A model generated the notes under the pieces. That model was not told the DNA's origin. It worked only from the letters and a program-made list of their open reading frames with translations, and did not search any database. Of a stretch of 23,756 bases of DNA, positions 1 through 11,166 are shown one piece after another (positions within the stretch are counted from its first letter, which is position 1; each line of letters begins with the position of its first letter). Location of the stretch: positions 108,208,565 to 108,232,320 of the forward strand of contig JANKJI020000002.1 in NCBI GenBank assembly GCA_024626585.2, read 5' to 3'. Made by a program: the position numbers and the translations under genes. The stretch is from Ginkgo biloba (Eukaryota > Plantae > Ginkgophyta).

Positions 1-956
1 TAATTTGATCACCTAAAATCAAATCAAACAATTATAATCGTAGTTATAGGACCAAATTCAATTCCATTTGGATTTTCCTAATATGAGAATTATGGATTCA
101 ACCTAGGAGCAGTACTAATAATGTAAATCTAATTATGGTTTTAGAAGAGGATTCCCTTATGCCCTATATCCTACTGCAAATTGCCACTTCAATAACATGA
201 TGCAATATCCCATGGTAAAAAACCCATTTAGTTTTGTAGGTCCCTTTGCCCCACCATTTACCAATAATAATGGAACACCTCACATGTCAACCCCAAGCAA
301 TAATTTCAAAGGTATCAACAATAATGGTCATAATTATAATGGAGGTCATTGAGAATATAATAATAGAAATAATAATTTCATTGATCACAATTGTGGCATA
401 AATAACAATAGTAACAACCATAATAATAACAATAGAGGCGGCACTAATAATTGTCAAGATGCGTTCTAATTCCCCAAACCTCCCTTCAACACCTCAAATA
501 TGAAGGATACGAAGATCTGTCTAAGCACTTGGCCCTATTTTTGAACAACATAGCACAACGAGGGATCATGGCTGAGACTATGATTAAACAAAGATTCCTC
601 TCAATTTCTCAAACATTCCTAAGATCACACTACAATGGTATGAATGCATCAAGGAGAATTCTTGGCCCATGATCAAGGAGCAATTCCTTGACCGTTTCCA
701 AACACTCTGCAATCCATCAGCAATCTATAAGGCCCTCCATGAGATCAAGCAAGCCACCGAAGAAAAGATTCAAAACTACAATGGTACACTCTAGGTGTTA
801 GTAACCAAATTGAAAGAAAGCAACACAATACTATCGATTACCTTAATGAACTTTTTCGTCGATGCATTATTACCCACTTACCACAAAAAAATCAAACTCC
901 ATCAGATGAGGTTATATGAGCAAGTTCAAAATCTAACATTTGAACACAAAAAATAA
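1..956 (+). mobile_element. Decayed Ty3/Gypsy gag remnant with Asn/Gly-rich N-terminal region
   Basis: Manual translation across a frameshift near 600 gives KYEGYEDLSKHLALF...TLQWYECIKENSWPMIKEQFLDRF...IYKALHEIKQATEEKIQNYNGTL*VLVTKL...LMNFFVDALLPTYHKKIKL. This is the W..W..F...Q...E...Y pattern of retrotransposon gag capsid domains. It has in-frame stops and is cut off by an LTR at 967. Confidence 0.75.
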
Positions 957-966
957 GGTCGAAACA

Positions 967-1293
967 TGTTTTTTTCCAGAATTGTAGAATGTTTTGGGTA
1001 ACTTTGTTGTGCTTATGTAGGTTATTCTAGTAGTTTGGTTATTTGAGTCACAATTCTTGTTTAGTAGGGGAGCTGGATGTTAATAAATCTTCCTTGGAAA
1101 GTTGGGGACAGCATGTTGGAATTTTGTCTGGTTTGTATTTTGCAGGTCCTTCTATTGTAGTCAATCTGAGTTTGATCTCTTTTCATGTGTTTTGTTTACT
1201 AGTTAAATCTTCTGTATATATGTGCATGTAGTGCATAGAGAAATCTGCAGGGTTATTGTTTGAAGCAGAGAGAGAAGGTTCTGGTATGCTTCA
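967..1293 (+). mobile_element. LTR (~327 bp, TG...CA) inserted at the end of the gag remnant
   Basis: Composition switches abruptly from A/C-rich to T/G-rich at TGTTTTT (967). The segment ends ...TTCA (1293) and a PBS follows 2 nt later. Confidence 0.6.
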
Positions 1294-1295
1294 AG

Positions 1296-1307
1296 TGATA
1301 TCAGAGC
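1296..1307 (+). promoter_or_regulatory. Primer-binding site (tRNA-iMet)
   Basis: TGATATCAGAGC, one transition away from the canonical plant PBS TGGTATCAGAGC. Confidence 0.7.
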
Positions 1308-2533
1308 TTAGATTCACAGGTGATAAAACTAAATTGATTTCTATAGGCAAGATTTTCAAAGTTTAAATATTTGAGCTATGTGTTAATACTCTACTTGCAA
1401 ACATTTTACAAACACTTGATTGACGCAAGCAAACCACCTCTTTTGTCAAATTGCAGTCAGCATGGTGCAAAATCTTCCATCTGTTATCGGGCACCTGCCC
1501 ACGCCAAAACCACCCATTGCCTGAAATTGCCAAAATTTCCCTCTGCACAAAATGTAATTGATTACATCATCCACCTCCAGCAATTGTCCCCATCCATGAA
1601 CTGACCACTTTCCAAAATCTTCTGAATTCTGCCTTCNNNNNNNNNNNNNNNNNNNNNNNNNNNNNNNNNNNNNNNNNNNNNNNNNNNNNNNNNNNNNNNN
1701 NNNNNNNNNNNNNNNNNNNNNNNNNNNNNNNNNNNNACAATGGAATTCATAGTCTGACCCTCTAAAATTTAGAATTTGGTCACCTTATTTGATCATTTCA
1801 CTATATTAGGCATGTTTAATTCAAATGAAGTGTCTTCCCTACCCTAAAAATATCTATTTAAGTTAAAATTTCCTTGTTACATCATCCACTATATCATAGT
1901 CGATGTCAGTGACTACATTGTCTGCTTTGTCTTTCTTTGATCTGAGTCTCTAATTTCATCATCTTCTCTCATTTAGTGCGGAGTCCCAACACATCGGATT
2001 TTGCTTTGTTATTATTTTTTTTTGTTCAGTTTTGTCTATGTTTTTTNNNNNNNNNNNNNNNNNNNNNNNNNNNNNNNNNNNNNAAAATTGTTTTCATATT
2101 TTTTGAAACTGATATGTATTGGATAGAAATTTGTTGAAAAGTTGGCCAAAAGTTTTCCAAGTTCTCTGAACTTTGAGTTTCTAACCCAAAATCTGTGTAA
2201 TGTGCTCAAATCTTCGTCGAATAAAAAATTGAAATTTAGCTGCAAAAACGATTCCAGAGTTCGGCTGTGAATTATGTTTGCATAATGCTTCGTATTTTAG
2301 ATATTTGTTTCCCTTGAAGGGTTAGTACAATTGGTGCTGAATTGCATCTTTGGCCCTGATGTCTGACCATGTGCACAGGTTAGTTGTACATGGGGTTAAT
2401 GATCTCATCACATGAAACAGATGGTACAGAAATTTTGAGTAGCAGGTGCTTTTGTTTTCCATATAGTCAGCCAGGACGTTTTATGCTACAATACATAATT
2501 TGCAAAAGTCCATCATGTTTTTTCCTTTTTCAG

Positions 2534-2653
2534 GTGGCTCCTTTCCCAGGAGCTGAAACTGGTGCCGGAGGGCGCATACGAGATACCCATGCAACAGGAA
2601 TAGGATCTCTTGTTGTTGCCTCAACTGCCGGTTACTGTGTGGGAAATCTACAG
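2534..2653 (+). CDS. PUR4: Phosphoribosylformylglycinamidine (FGAM) synthase, internal exon (40 codons)
   Basis: Polypyrimidine tract and acceptor tttccttttttcAG, then VAPFPGAETGAGGRIRDTHATGIGSLVVASTAGYCVGNLQ, which carries the large-PurL signature P.PGA.TG.GG.IRD..ATG.G. Phase 0 at both ends. Confidence 0.95.
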
Positions 2654-2878
2654 GCATGTTCAATGATTTTGTTTTCATGTGTGAATGGTGATGTTTCTAA
2701 TCTAGCCGCACTAGTGTTGCACAGACTCTAATCTAGCTGCACTAGTGTTGTGCAGACCCCCAATTTTTGTCTTGTAACTACCGGGCACATAAAGTGTGTC
2801 TTACCTTTCTTTCCTCCCATTTTTGATATGTTTATCATTTCTCTAATATTTGCCTTCTCACTGTAATCTTCTGTTCAG
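2654..2878 (+). other. 225-nt GC-AG intron of PUR4
   Basis: Donor CAG|GCATGT and acceptor ctgttcAG|CTT. Splicing here gives GNLQ-LEGSFAPWED, colinear without gaps with plant PUR4 (GNLxxEGSxAPWED). No GT donor in frame gives this junction. Confidence 0.88.
2696..2757. repeat. 2 x 31-bp tandem duplication inside the GC-AG intron
   Basis: tctaatctagccgcactagtgttgcacagac and tctaatctagctgcactagtgttgtgcagac, 28/31 identical. Confidence 0.9.
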
Positions 2879-2950
2879 CTTGAAGGTTCATTTGCTCCAT
2901 GGGAGGATCCTTCTTTTACATATCCATTGAATTTGGCATCTCCCCTGCAG
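2879..2950 (+). CDS. PUR4: FGAM synthase, next internal exon (24 codons)
   Basis: LEGSFAPWEDPSFTYPLNLASPLQ, bounded by AG and a CAG|GTATGG donor. It matches the conserved PurL segment PWE...YP..LASPLQ that precedes ILIDASNGASDYGNKFGEP. Confidence 0.93.
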
Positions 2951-4194
2951 GTATGGTTCTTTTGGGAGCTTATGAAATTTTGTGAGTGACTTATTTTAAT
3001 TGCCTTGGGCATTGGTGCAAGCTTCAGTTTGCTTTTATATGACTGACTTGGTTTAGTGGCTGGTTTTATCTCTGAAAGAAATAACTATTGTGTGCTAGTC
3101 TAGGCAGTCCATGCTGGGTGCATCTTGAAGGTATTGGTTTTGTGGTTGTGAATATTGCAGACTCGTATCTTCATCTGTAGTAGCATGCATCACAACACAA
3201 TTCAAGGTACCTGTTAATTGTTAGAACTGCATCAATACATAGCTTGCCATGGCAGGCATTGATGGCCTTCGCAACTCTGCATCACTTAGTATTGTATGAT
3301 ATCAAATATAATTAGTGCACCAAGCAAACTAACTACTCTAACACTTTCTAGCAAATTCTTAATCATGACATATGTAAGCATAGGGATTGATTCTGGACAT
3401 CTTTGCAAAGCTAGGGCTTATACATATGATGGTTCCCTGGTATCTTTCATGTAGAAATACCAGTATCTTACAATCCACTTCACCCCATACCATCAATTAG
3501 GTACCCTAATATACTCGAGCATAAGAGCATGAATGCAGTCATCTGACCTTTCTGATGCGATGCAATCTTGCCGCTTTTGAGAGAAGAGGCCACCTTTTTG
3601 GTGCGGAGAGTGAATTGTTTTTTTGACTGTTCTACCCTTGCCATTATGCTGCCCAACTTTGAGGTCTTGCATGCATACTGCTCACTTTTATTGGAGACTG
3701 ATGTACGCTCTCACTTAGTTACACTTTCATTGAAGACTTTTACACATTTACAAGAAAGTTAGGTGATTGCCTCACTCCTACCAAAGACTTTTGGCCCAAT
3801 CTAACCTTGGCAAAATGAAATTCTTGCTTTCGATATCCATGCTTGTGTCAATCATAAACCAAGGACCACTTGGCTTCCAAGCATGCATTTACTCATACAG
3901 GTATCAACCATGACAACCATTTAGAAAATTATAAATTTATCTTAAGCTGCCATTCCACTTGGTAGAAAGTACACATGGATAACTTAGTCCAATGATGCAT
4001 GCAATTCAGTCAACAACTAAACCTTAATGAAGTCAAAATGATATAAATTAGACAACCCTATTACTTTCCTCACAAGGGCTTGTCCAAGCATGAATTGATA
4101 TAACATCAAATAAAGTGACCACAAATTAATAAAGAGCAGTAGAGATAGCATCGGATTAAGTCTTAGTTTAGGCTTGCAAGCCTAAAGACTTGAT

Positions 4195-4850
4195 TGTAAC
4201 ACCCCCAAACAATTTCTGGTCCTTTAACTGTCCCAACAATCGATAATAGCAGCTCAAACCCTTCTTGGGCCCCTTCTTGGCAAGCCAAAACCTTTTATGG
4301 TCATTATAGTAACCTTAGAAACAACCTTGGACATGAACAACTTCAACATCAATTTCAGCAGCTCCAACAACTCCAGCATCAACTTCAGTAGCCTCAACAA
4401 CCCTAGCAACAACTTCAGTCATTTCAGCAACTCTAGCAGCAACTTCATCAAGTTCATGCCATCCTCAACAGGATAAATTAGTAAAACAACAACTTCAATA
4501 AAAAGCTGGCGCCTTTGTAGACCAAAAACAATCTGACACCTTTGTAGGCCAAACACAATAGATTGAACCCTGCAGGTTGACTGTTGCAAGTTAAACCCAA
4601 ACCTCTCTGGAGCTCATTTTCAAGAGGCTGAACCCTCTAGGAGGTGGGAAACAACAGATTGAACCCTTGGGAGGTAGCACAGTGAGAATCTTCTAGAAGG
4701 TAAGAAACAACAAGTCGGACCCTGACATGTAACATCTATGGTAGAGTGAAACCTTGATAGGGTAGTAGGGCGACATACATATCAACAACAGAAACCAGCT
4801 TTCGGGCACATCAATGGCATGTCAGTCTCATAAATGCTGAGTACAAACAA
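4195..4850. mobile_element. Probable Gypsy LTR fragment with CAA/CAG-rich tract and internal subrepeats
   Basis: Begins TGTAACACCCC, a typical Gypsy LTR terminus. Degenerate (CAA/CAG)n at ~4335-4450 and repeated GAACCCT...GGAGGT / ACAACAGATTGAACCC units at ~4555-4720. The right boundary is uncertain. Confidence 0.5.
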
Positions 4851-5299
4851 ACTGTAGTTACCATAAAATTCATTTTGCATTAGTGGGAGGCTCATTTTCG
4901 AGTACCTTTATGGGAATGGAATGTTGCACCCTTAGAAACGCTTGGGAAATGCCAAAGTTTAAAAGTTATTTCTTTTTCTTTATGAAGCTCACCTAATATT
5001 AACCTTGGAACCTATGTTTAGTTATTTTAATCAATTTCTCTTTTTTTCGTGATTGCAGTCTTCTCTATTTGTAATTCTTCTCCATTCTTCTTCGTCAAGG
5101 TGGTTTCTTCTCTGTTTTCTTTGTTGAGGTGGATTTCTGTCAAGAATTTCACCTTCTTTCGGAATCCAGTCTTTTTTTCTCCTTCATCCTCTAAGTTGGC
5201 TTTTCTAACTTTCTACCTTTTTTTTTGGAGGGATACTTCTTTATGGATTCATGTATTGATGTTCTTGTCATTCCAGACAGCTAATTTCTTCCCTTTGCT

Positions 5300-5870
5300 T
5301 AGGAGTCTATTTGTCCATTTTGCATTTTTTTGCAGTTCTCATACTGTTTGTTACAATTCTTTTGTTTTTCCTGTGCATCCAGCTCCGTCTAGTCTGCCTC
5401 AGCATTTATGTGAATAGTTTTGTGCAAAGTTTCTTTGTATGTTACTTAATCCCCTTGCTTAATTTCTGCTTATTCCTTGAAGATGCTAGTTCTCATATTT
5501 CCGCTTTATTTTTTATCTTAAAGAAAATGTTGCATTATTGTACAGGAAAGTTTCCTAACACTCCCTTTACTTTCATATCATAATCTTTAATGGACTTATC
5601 TCTCTTCTACTATAGTTTTTTCAGGTCATGAAAAGTTGATGAGATGGTTCAGGGTTGGCATATGACTCATTGTACCCTTTCTATACTTCTGCCCAAATGT
5701 TACATGTATTTAGACTGTTAGCCTTACAGTAATAGTCCTGTGCTAGACATCTAACATAGCTACAAACTCTACACTTTTGGTATTGTCATATTTGACATTT
5801 TTGGCTTTCCAATTGAGTCACATGTACATGTGTCTTTGACCATCCCTTGATCTATCAATTAGCAGAAATT
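5300..5870 (-). mobile_element. Decayed Ty3/Gypsy gag remnant
   Basis: Minus-strand translation with frameshifts: DGQRHMYM*LNWKAKNVKYDNTKSVEFVAML / AQDYY...IWAEV*KGYNESYANP / TFHDLKKL**KRDKSIKDYDMKVKGVL, the gag capsid motif pattern. Boundaries approximate. Confidence 0.65.
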
Positions 5871-6523
5871 GCAAGGTTGTATCTCTAGCCGTGTCCTTGC
5901 TGCAACCATTGCAGAATTTGCAAATGTGGTGGAATAGTTGATGATGAAGGATGCACTGCCATCCTCTGTGTTTTCTTTGGCTGCACAATAATTAGTGGCA
6001 ATCTTTTGCCTCTACAATCTTTTTGTTGCCTTGAACATTCTGCCCTCTCATCTNNNNNNNNNNNNNNNNNNNNNNNNNNNNNNNNNNNNNNNNTGACTTT
6101 TCCACCTTCCTTGACATGTAACTAAAGCCTTAGGACTCAACTTCTTGAGGCTTTCTAACCTGATAATTTATTGTGATTTGTGGGACACTCCTCGTTTAGT
6201 GTCCACAGGTTATTGAATACCATGGTACAACATTATACCCGCCTTATTTGATGTTTTTTATGCGTCCTTGAAATCGCTTGTTAGAACGCTTTTCATGCCG
6301 AATCTTCTATCTGTAGTGACAATTCATTTACTGAGTACTTGATGTTACATATGCCTCCTATCAGAACTTCTTTAAGCATACCTTTTGATGCTATTTACCT
6401 TGATGCCTATTGAGCTTGGTCTGAGCATGATATGGAGATCACACTTGATAAATTGGAAATAAAAAATCAGCAAGGATGTAGTTTGGAAAAACTATCATAA
6501 GTTCCAAACTAGTTAGCAGATTT

Positions 6524-7256
6524 TGTTGATGGAAACGAAACAGAGTAATGTACAACTTTCATCTTGGACTCATTCTCCAATTTGTACTAGATCAGTAGCA
6601 ATTCATCATTGAATATAGGGTAACTGTTCACATTCAACATAAAGGACAATTTCGACCAAGTCTTGGTATTTTGGACATATCTTTCCACCCAAATCTCTGC
6701 TTTTCAAAAACTTTATATCGTCGGAAAGCTTAAAAGATTATCTACAACTTTTCTGAAGATATCAGGATCTAATTTTTAACGTATTAGCACCAAAAATGTG
6801 ATGAACAGTCAGGGAAGACATAAAATTAGTGACTAGACAGTGGTTACAGATTTTATTCATGCTTTGGCTTCTTGGCTTTTCAATTCTCAAACCTGTAAAT
6901 AAGTGCATACGAATTTCATACATCCTTTATATACTTTGTTTTGATGTATAGAGGGCTTCCTTGGCCTCTTATATAGATTGTTCTCCAAAGGCATGTTTGG
7001 TTCTCACATAGCAACAAAACTTTGAACCATTAGAAGAAGAAGCTCTCTCTTTGCTATATTATGCTTGATTAAGCTTCAATTTCATCTATGTACAAAGATT
7101 GAATATAGCGAAGGATTCTTTATGCACATATTGTTATGTTAATTATCTTCTATGACCTTGCATGCATTTTTTTATTTACAAAATAATTAAATATTTTTTT
7201 CTTAATTTTTGTATACCTATAAATAGATTTATTAATCTATTTGTCCCCCTCCAACA
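6524..7256 (+). mobile_element. Possible solo LTR remnant
   Basis: TGTTG...CAACA termini. Contains GAAAGC...CTACAACTTT motifs commonly seen in plant LTRs and ends TGTCCCCCTCCAACA. No TSD found and the start is uncertain. Confidence 0.35.
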
Positions 7257-7478
7257 TAAGAGATCACAGTGGTTAGATCAATTTACTTTAATAGCAAAAT
7301 CAACTTTGTTACTCTGGCATTCTTTATAAGTTTGTTGATCATATATATATATAATGGTTACAAGGTCATTATGTACAANNNNNNNNNNNNNNNNNNNNNN
7401 NNNNNNNNNNNNNNNNNNNNNNNNNNNNNNNNNNNNNNNNNNNNNNNNNNNNNNNNNNNNNNNNNNNNNNNNNNNNNN

Positions 7479-8521
7479 CATAAATTAACATAAATAGTAT
7501 GAGCTTGAAATTTATATTCTATTAGGATAACTTTTCATAAATTGTTGAAAACCCTAAGTAGGGAAAATGACTTATACCTGGTAGGGCGACTATCGAAGGG
7601 ATCTAGGTGTTGCATTATGGGTATTTATTGATTTTATGGTGTTAGATAAGTTGGTTTAATATAGGAAACTATTGATTTGTCAATCATGCAAGTAATTTTT
7701 GTAGTTGATAGTAGAAACTCTAGAGGCCAATCTAGGAAAATATAGAAATAGGCAAGTAACCTGTTGAGGGTTAGTGTGTCCTAATTTGGATGTCTCTATT
7801 TGACTATTCTTTATCCCTATGCATGCATCCCTTATGGACTAACTAGTAGTGGGTTGAGATATGCCTAATTAGGGGTTGAGTTGGTGATCATAGTTTACCC
7901 TCATTATGATCGACTTTATGGATTGTCGTTGTGGACATAGAGTTTGTTGACCATGTCGGTGCATTGTGGTACTAGGGATATTGGTGTAGCCTCAAGGTTT
8001 GGTGACCATATTTGAAATCAATATAGATAAATAATTGCTAGTAGGGATGGACATCCTTGTTGCTAGGAAAATACTAGTGCCAAAGAGGTGTTGAAATAGA
8101 CCTATGCATTGCACCCTTTATAACATTGGTATTAAGGAATGGAGTCCAACAAATCAATCATAATCGCTAGGTATTGATGGTAAATGTGTTTCGCTATCTC
8201 AATTTTGGCTACCAACATAGTAATCCCTTTTAAGTGGCTTCCATAGCCAACTACAGGGCATTAAGGTTACTGCTACAAGTTGACCTAAGTTATACCAATT
8301 TTGTTTCTAAAACCTACCATTAATCTATATGGTGCATTTTGCTGCCATAAATTAGCATAAATAAATACTTACAATGTATGAGCACTAGTAGTCGTGCATT
8401 TTCATAGTTGAAACTAATATCTGATTATTGTATGCCAGTCACCTTGCCTATATCTCAATAGTGATGTATTTGTAGGTCTAAGATATCTTTTGATGCAACT
8501 TTAGAAGGTAGGATTGTTATA
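7479..8521 (+). repeat. 5' LTR of element 1 (start lost in gap)
   Basis: 8345-8521 matches 10987-11166. 7598-7730 is homologous to the reverse complement of ~21900-22035 (LTR of element 3). Ends TGTTATA just before the PBS. Confidence 0.8.
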
Positions 8522-8522
8522 G

Positions 8523-8534
8523 TGGTATTGGAGC
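8523..8534 (+). promoter_or_regulatory. PBS (tRNA-iMet) of element 1
   Basis: TGGTATTGGAGC, 1 nt after the LTR end. Confidence 0.75.
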
Positions 8535-8537
8535 TCG

Positions 8538-10700
8538 ATGAGAGTAGAAAGATTCCAAGAACGAAATCTAAAATTTTGAAGAAATTGGAGGAAAGGAAGA
8601 AAGGAAGAAGCTGAGATTAAACAACGGAAGGAAGAAAGGAAGAAATTAGAGAACCTAGTCTTGACTTATGAATGAAGAAGGAAATGAGGTGAACAAGAAT
8701 CGGTAAGAGAATCTTTAGCAGAATCAGGAGAAGAGGTAGGGCCATTTAATTTTGAAGAGCATGAGGAGGTACAAGAGTCGTCTGACAATTTAGAGGATCA
8801 AGAACTAAAGCACAAGAAGAGATAAGCGGGAATAGAAATTGCTTCAAACCACGAAGCAATTCAAGAATGTGCAGATTATAATGGTCAGGCATTGGGATTG
8901 TCATTTTGGTCGTGGGTGAGAGTTGTGGAAACCTTCTTTTTATCCTTGGACATTTTGGAGGCGAATAAAGTTATAGTGGTTTCTTATGCTTTGATAGGAC
9001 CTGCTAGGGAGTGGTGGAATGCTACACATATTGAGATCAAGGATGGCATGATGTAGTTGATTATTATATGGTGGGAGATGAAGGAAGCAATGCTCAAGAA
9101 GTATGAACTATAGATGATACGTAGGAGGCTTATAGTCAAGTGTTTGTGATGAAGCAAACATGTATGGTGCAAGAGTATAAAAATAAATTGGATGCCCTCT
9201 TTGCATGATTGTCAGATTTAGGTTTGATGTATATGATATATCATTTCCTTCAAGGATTGAAGCCTCACATTTGGCAGAGTATTGAGGTCACAAGACCCTA
9301 AACCATAGAGGAAGCAGTTAGCGATGCTTTACAGCTGGAGGTTGCCCAGTTTAATTATGCATCACCATTCAAGAAGCCATTCTAGCTAAAGAAGGAATCC
9401 CCATCCTTTAAAAATCCCTTTGTTAAGATTGGTAAGAAGCCCTTTTTCTAGAAAAAGTTNNNNNNNNNNNNNNNNNNNNNNNNNNNNNNNNNNNNNNNNN
9501 NNNNNNNNNNNNNNNNNNGAGAGAAGTTGTCTCAACCCAAAGGAGAGAAGAAGCCGCCAATTAAGTGTGGAGGAGACCACTACAAGTGATCATGTCCCTG
9601 CCTCTGACAGAATAATAATGTCAAGCATGACAAGAAAGCAGTTATAGTGGTGTGCAAAGAGAAGATGCTCCCTCAAAGTGTATGTTTGAGACCATTTGAG
9701 AGATTTAATGATGTTGAATTATTTGTGGTTAAGGATAAGATCAATGGGTATGAAGCCACTATTTTGGTTGATAATGGTTGTACTCAAAATTTTGCATTTG
9801 AGGATTTTGCATATAGGGAAAAATTGAGAACTTAGGAAGTCCCTTATTCCCATGAAGTAGAGGAATCTTGTGGGAAGGAGACTCAGTCATGGGAGGCATT
9901 TACCGTGTAGGTTCACATCGTCTTTTGTGAGTATGAAGATCACTTATATTTTGACATTATGAAGACTGGTCGTTATGACACAATCTTACATTTCTGCAAG
10001 GGTAACAAGTTGAAGCTATAAAGTGATAGTGATTCAAGACAAATCCCATTGGTTTCAATAGTTTAATTAGTTGGGCTATTTGTAAAGGAAGTACCACAAG
10101 AAGAGAAAACCAAGGGAATTCTAGTAGAGATGGCATTGTTGTCGTTTGAATATGAGGATGTTTTTCTTGATGTGCTTCTAAGGTTCTTGCCCATTGAGAA
10201 GTAGGTGGACCACTAGATTGAGCTAGAAGACAGTTCTAGACCCTCTTACAAATTACCTTATAGATTGAGCCATGCATAGAAAGAAGAGGTTGATAAACAA
10301 ATTCATGAGTTATTGGATCAAGCTTTCATGATACCTTCCAAATCTCCTTATGGTGCACCAGTTTTACTTGCAAAGGAGGAGGATGGATCAATGTGCATAT
10401 GTGTAGATTACTAAGCATTGAAAAATTACCATTAAAGACAAGTACCCTCTTCTAATAATTGGTGAGATTTTGGATAACATGAAGAGAGCCACAATTTTCT
10501 CCAAGATACATCTAAGGAATGGTTATCATCATATTTGTATACACCCTAAGGATGTGGAGAAGATAGCTTTTACCACAAGGGGTGGCTATTATAAATACTT
10601 TGTTATGCCCATTGGGTTGACTAATTCTCTAGTTACATCTATGAGGTTGATGAATAATATCCTCAACCCTTATTTTGAGAAATTTGTAGCAGTTTTCTTG
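8538..10700 (+). pseudogene. gag-pol pseudogene: gag, Zn knuckle remnant, aspartic protease, N-terminal RT
   Basis: Gag SFWSWVRVVETFF...AREWWN; knuckle CGGDHYK*SCP (9566-9598); protease ILVDNGCTQNF; RT KSPYGAPVLLAKEEDGSMCICVDY and FSKIHLRNGYHHI...AFTTRGGYYKYFVMPIGLTN...FVAVFL. Many stops and frameshifts; ends just before the catalytic DD. Confidence 0.9.
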
Positions 10701-10880
10701 TGAACTTAGGATCACGGACGATAACAAGGAATTTCGAGAATACACAAGAATCAACACACTACACTAGATGTCTGGGTAGAATTGGTCTACTGTAGGTTTT
10801 CTTATTGCAGTACTCTGAATTGATTGTATAATGGGTACAGGGTCTATTAAATAGACGGCCCAACAATAACTTACTAATAA
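10699..10880. mobile_element. Nested insertion, probably the end of another LTR, interrupting RT
   Basis: RT homology stops abruptly at TGTGAACTTAGG. The following non-coding sequence has LTR-like character and runs into a 100-N gap. Confidence 0.5.
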
Positions 10881-10980
10881 NNNNNNNNNNNNNNNNNNNN
10901 NNNNNNNNNNNNNNNNNNNNNNNNNNNNNNNNNNNNNNNNNNNNNNNNNNNNNNNNNNNNNNNNNNNNNNNNNNNNNNNN

Positions 10981-11166
10981 ATGGTACCATAAATTAACAT
11001 AAATAGATACCTCCAATGTATGAACACTTTTATTACTGCATTTTCATAACTGAAACTAATCTCTGATTTTTATATGCAAGTCACCTTGCCTATATCTACA
11101 TAATGATGTATTCTTTGTAGCTCTAAGATATCTTTTGATGCAGGTTTAGAAGGTGAGACTGTGACA
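10981..11166 (+). repeat. 3' LTR tail of element 1
   Basis: Direct repeat of 8345-8521. Ends GACTGTGACA and is not followed by a PBS. Confidence 0.85.

Larger units (their letters stand above)
7479..11166 (+). mobile_element. Chromovirus-like Ty3/Gypsy element 1 (5' LTR-PBS-gag-protease-RT...3' LTR tail), decayed
   Basis: The LTR ending at 8521 and the LTR tail 10981-11166 align at roughly 85% by hand count. PBS at 8523 and gag-pol in the correct order between them. Confidence 0.85.

Noticed and set aside
1371-1604. ORF containing LIDAS, resembling the next PUR4 exon ILIDASNG
   Set aside because: The match stops after five residues (KPPL follows), it lies upstream of the preceding exons, and it sits just after a retroelement PBS.
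2360-2385. CCATGTGCA (PCA) plus a CAG|GTTAGT donor as the preceding PUR4 exon (…HNFPCA)
   Set aside because: An in-frame TGA lies directly upstream, there is no ETHNF, and there is an extra CAG codon.
2384-2731. 115-aa ORF as a standalone protein
   Set aside because: Only 2534-2653 is PurL-like; the flanks are intron read-through.
3460-3525. Minus-strand LGYLIDGMG, like the Gypsy RT YLGH..S..GV motif
   Set aside because: Too short and frameshifted to call as a feature.
4335-4455. CAA/CAG-rich tract as polyQ/S/N coding exon
   Set aside because: No splice sites or long ORF; it lies within an LTR-like segment.
5049-5583. Phe/Leu-rich plus-strand ORFs resembling membrane proteins
   Set aside because: They are antisense shadows of the A-rich minus-strand gag remnant.
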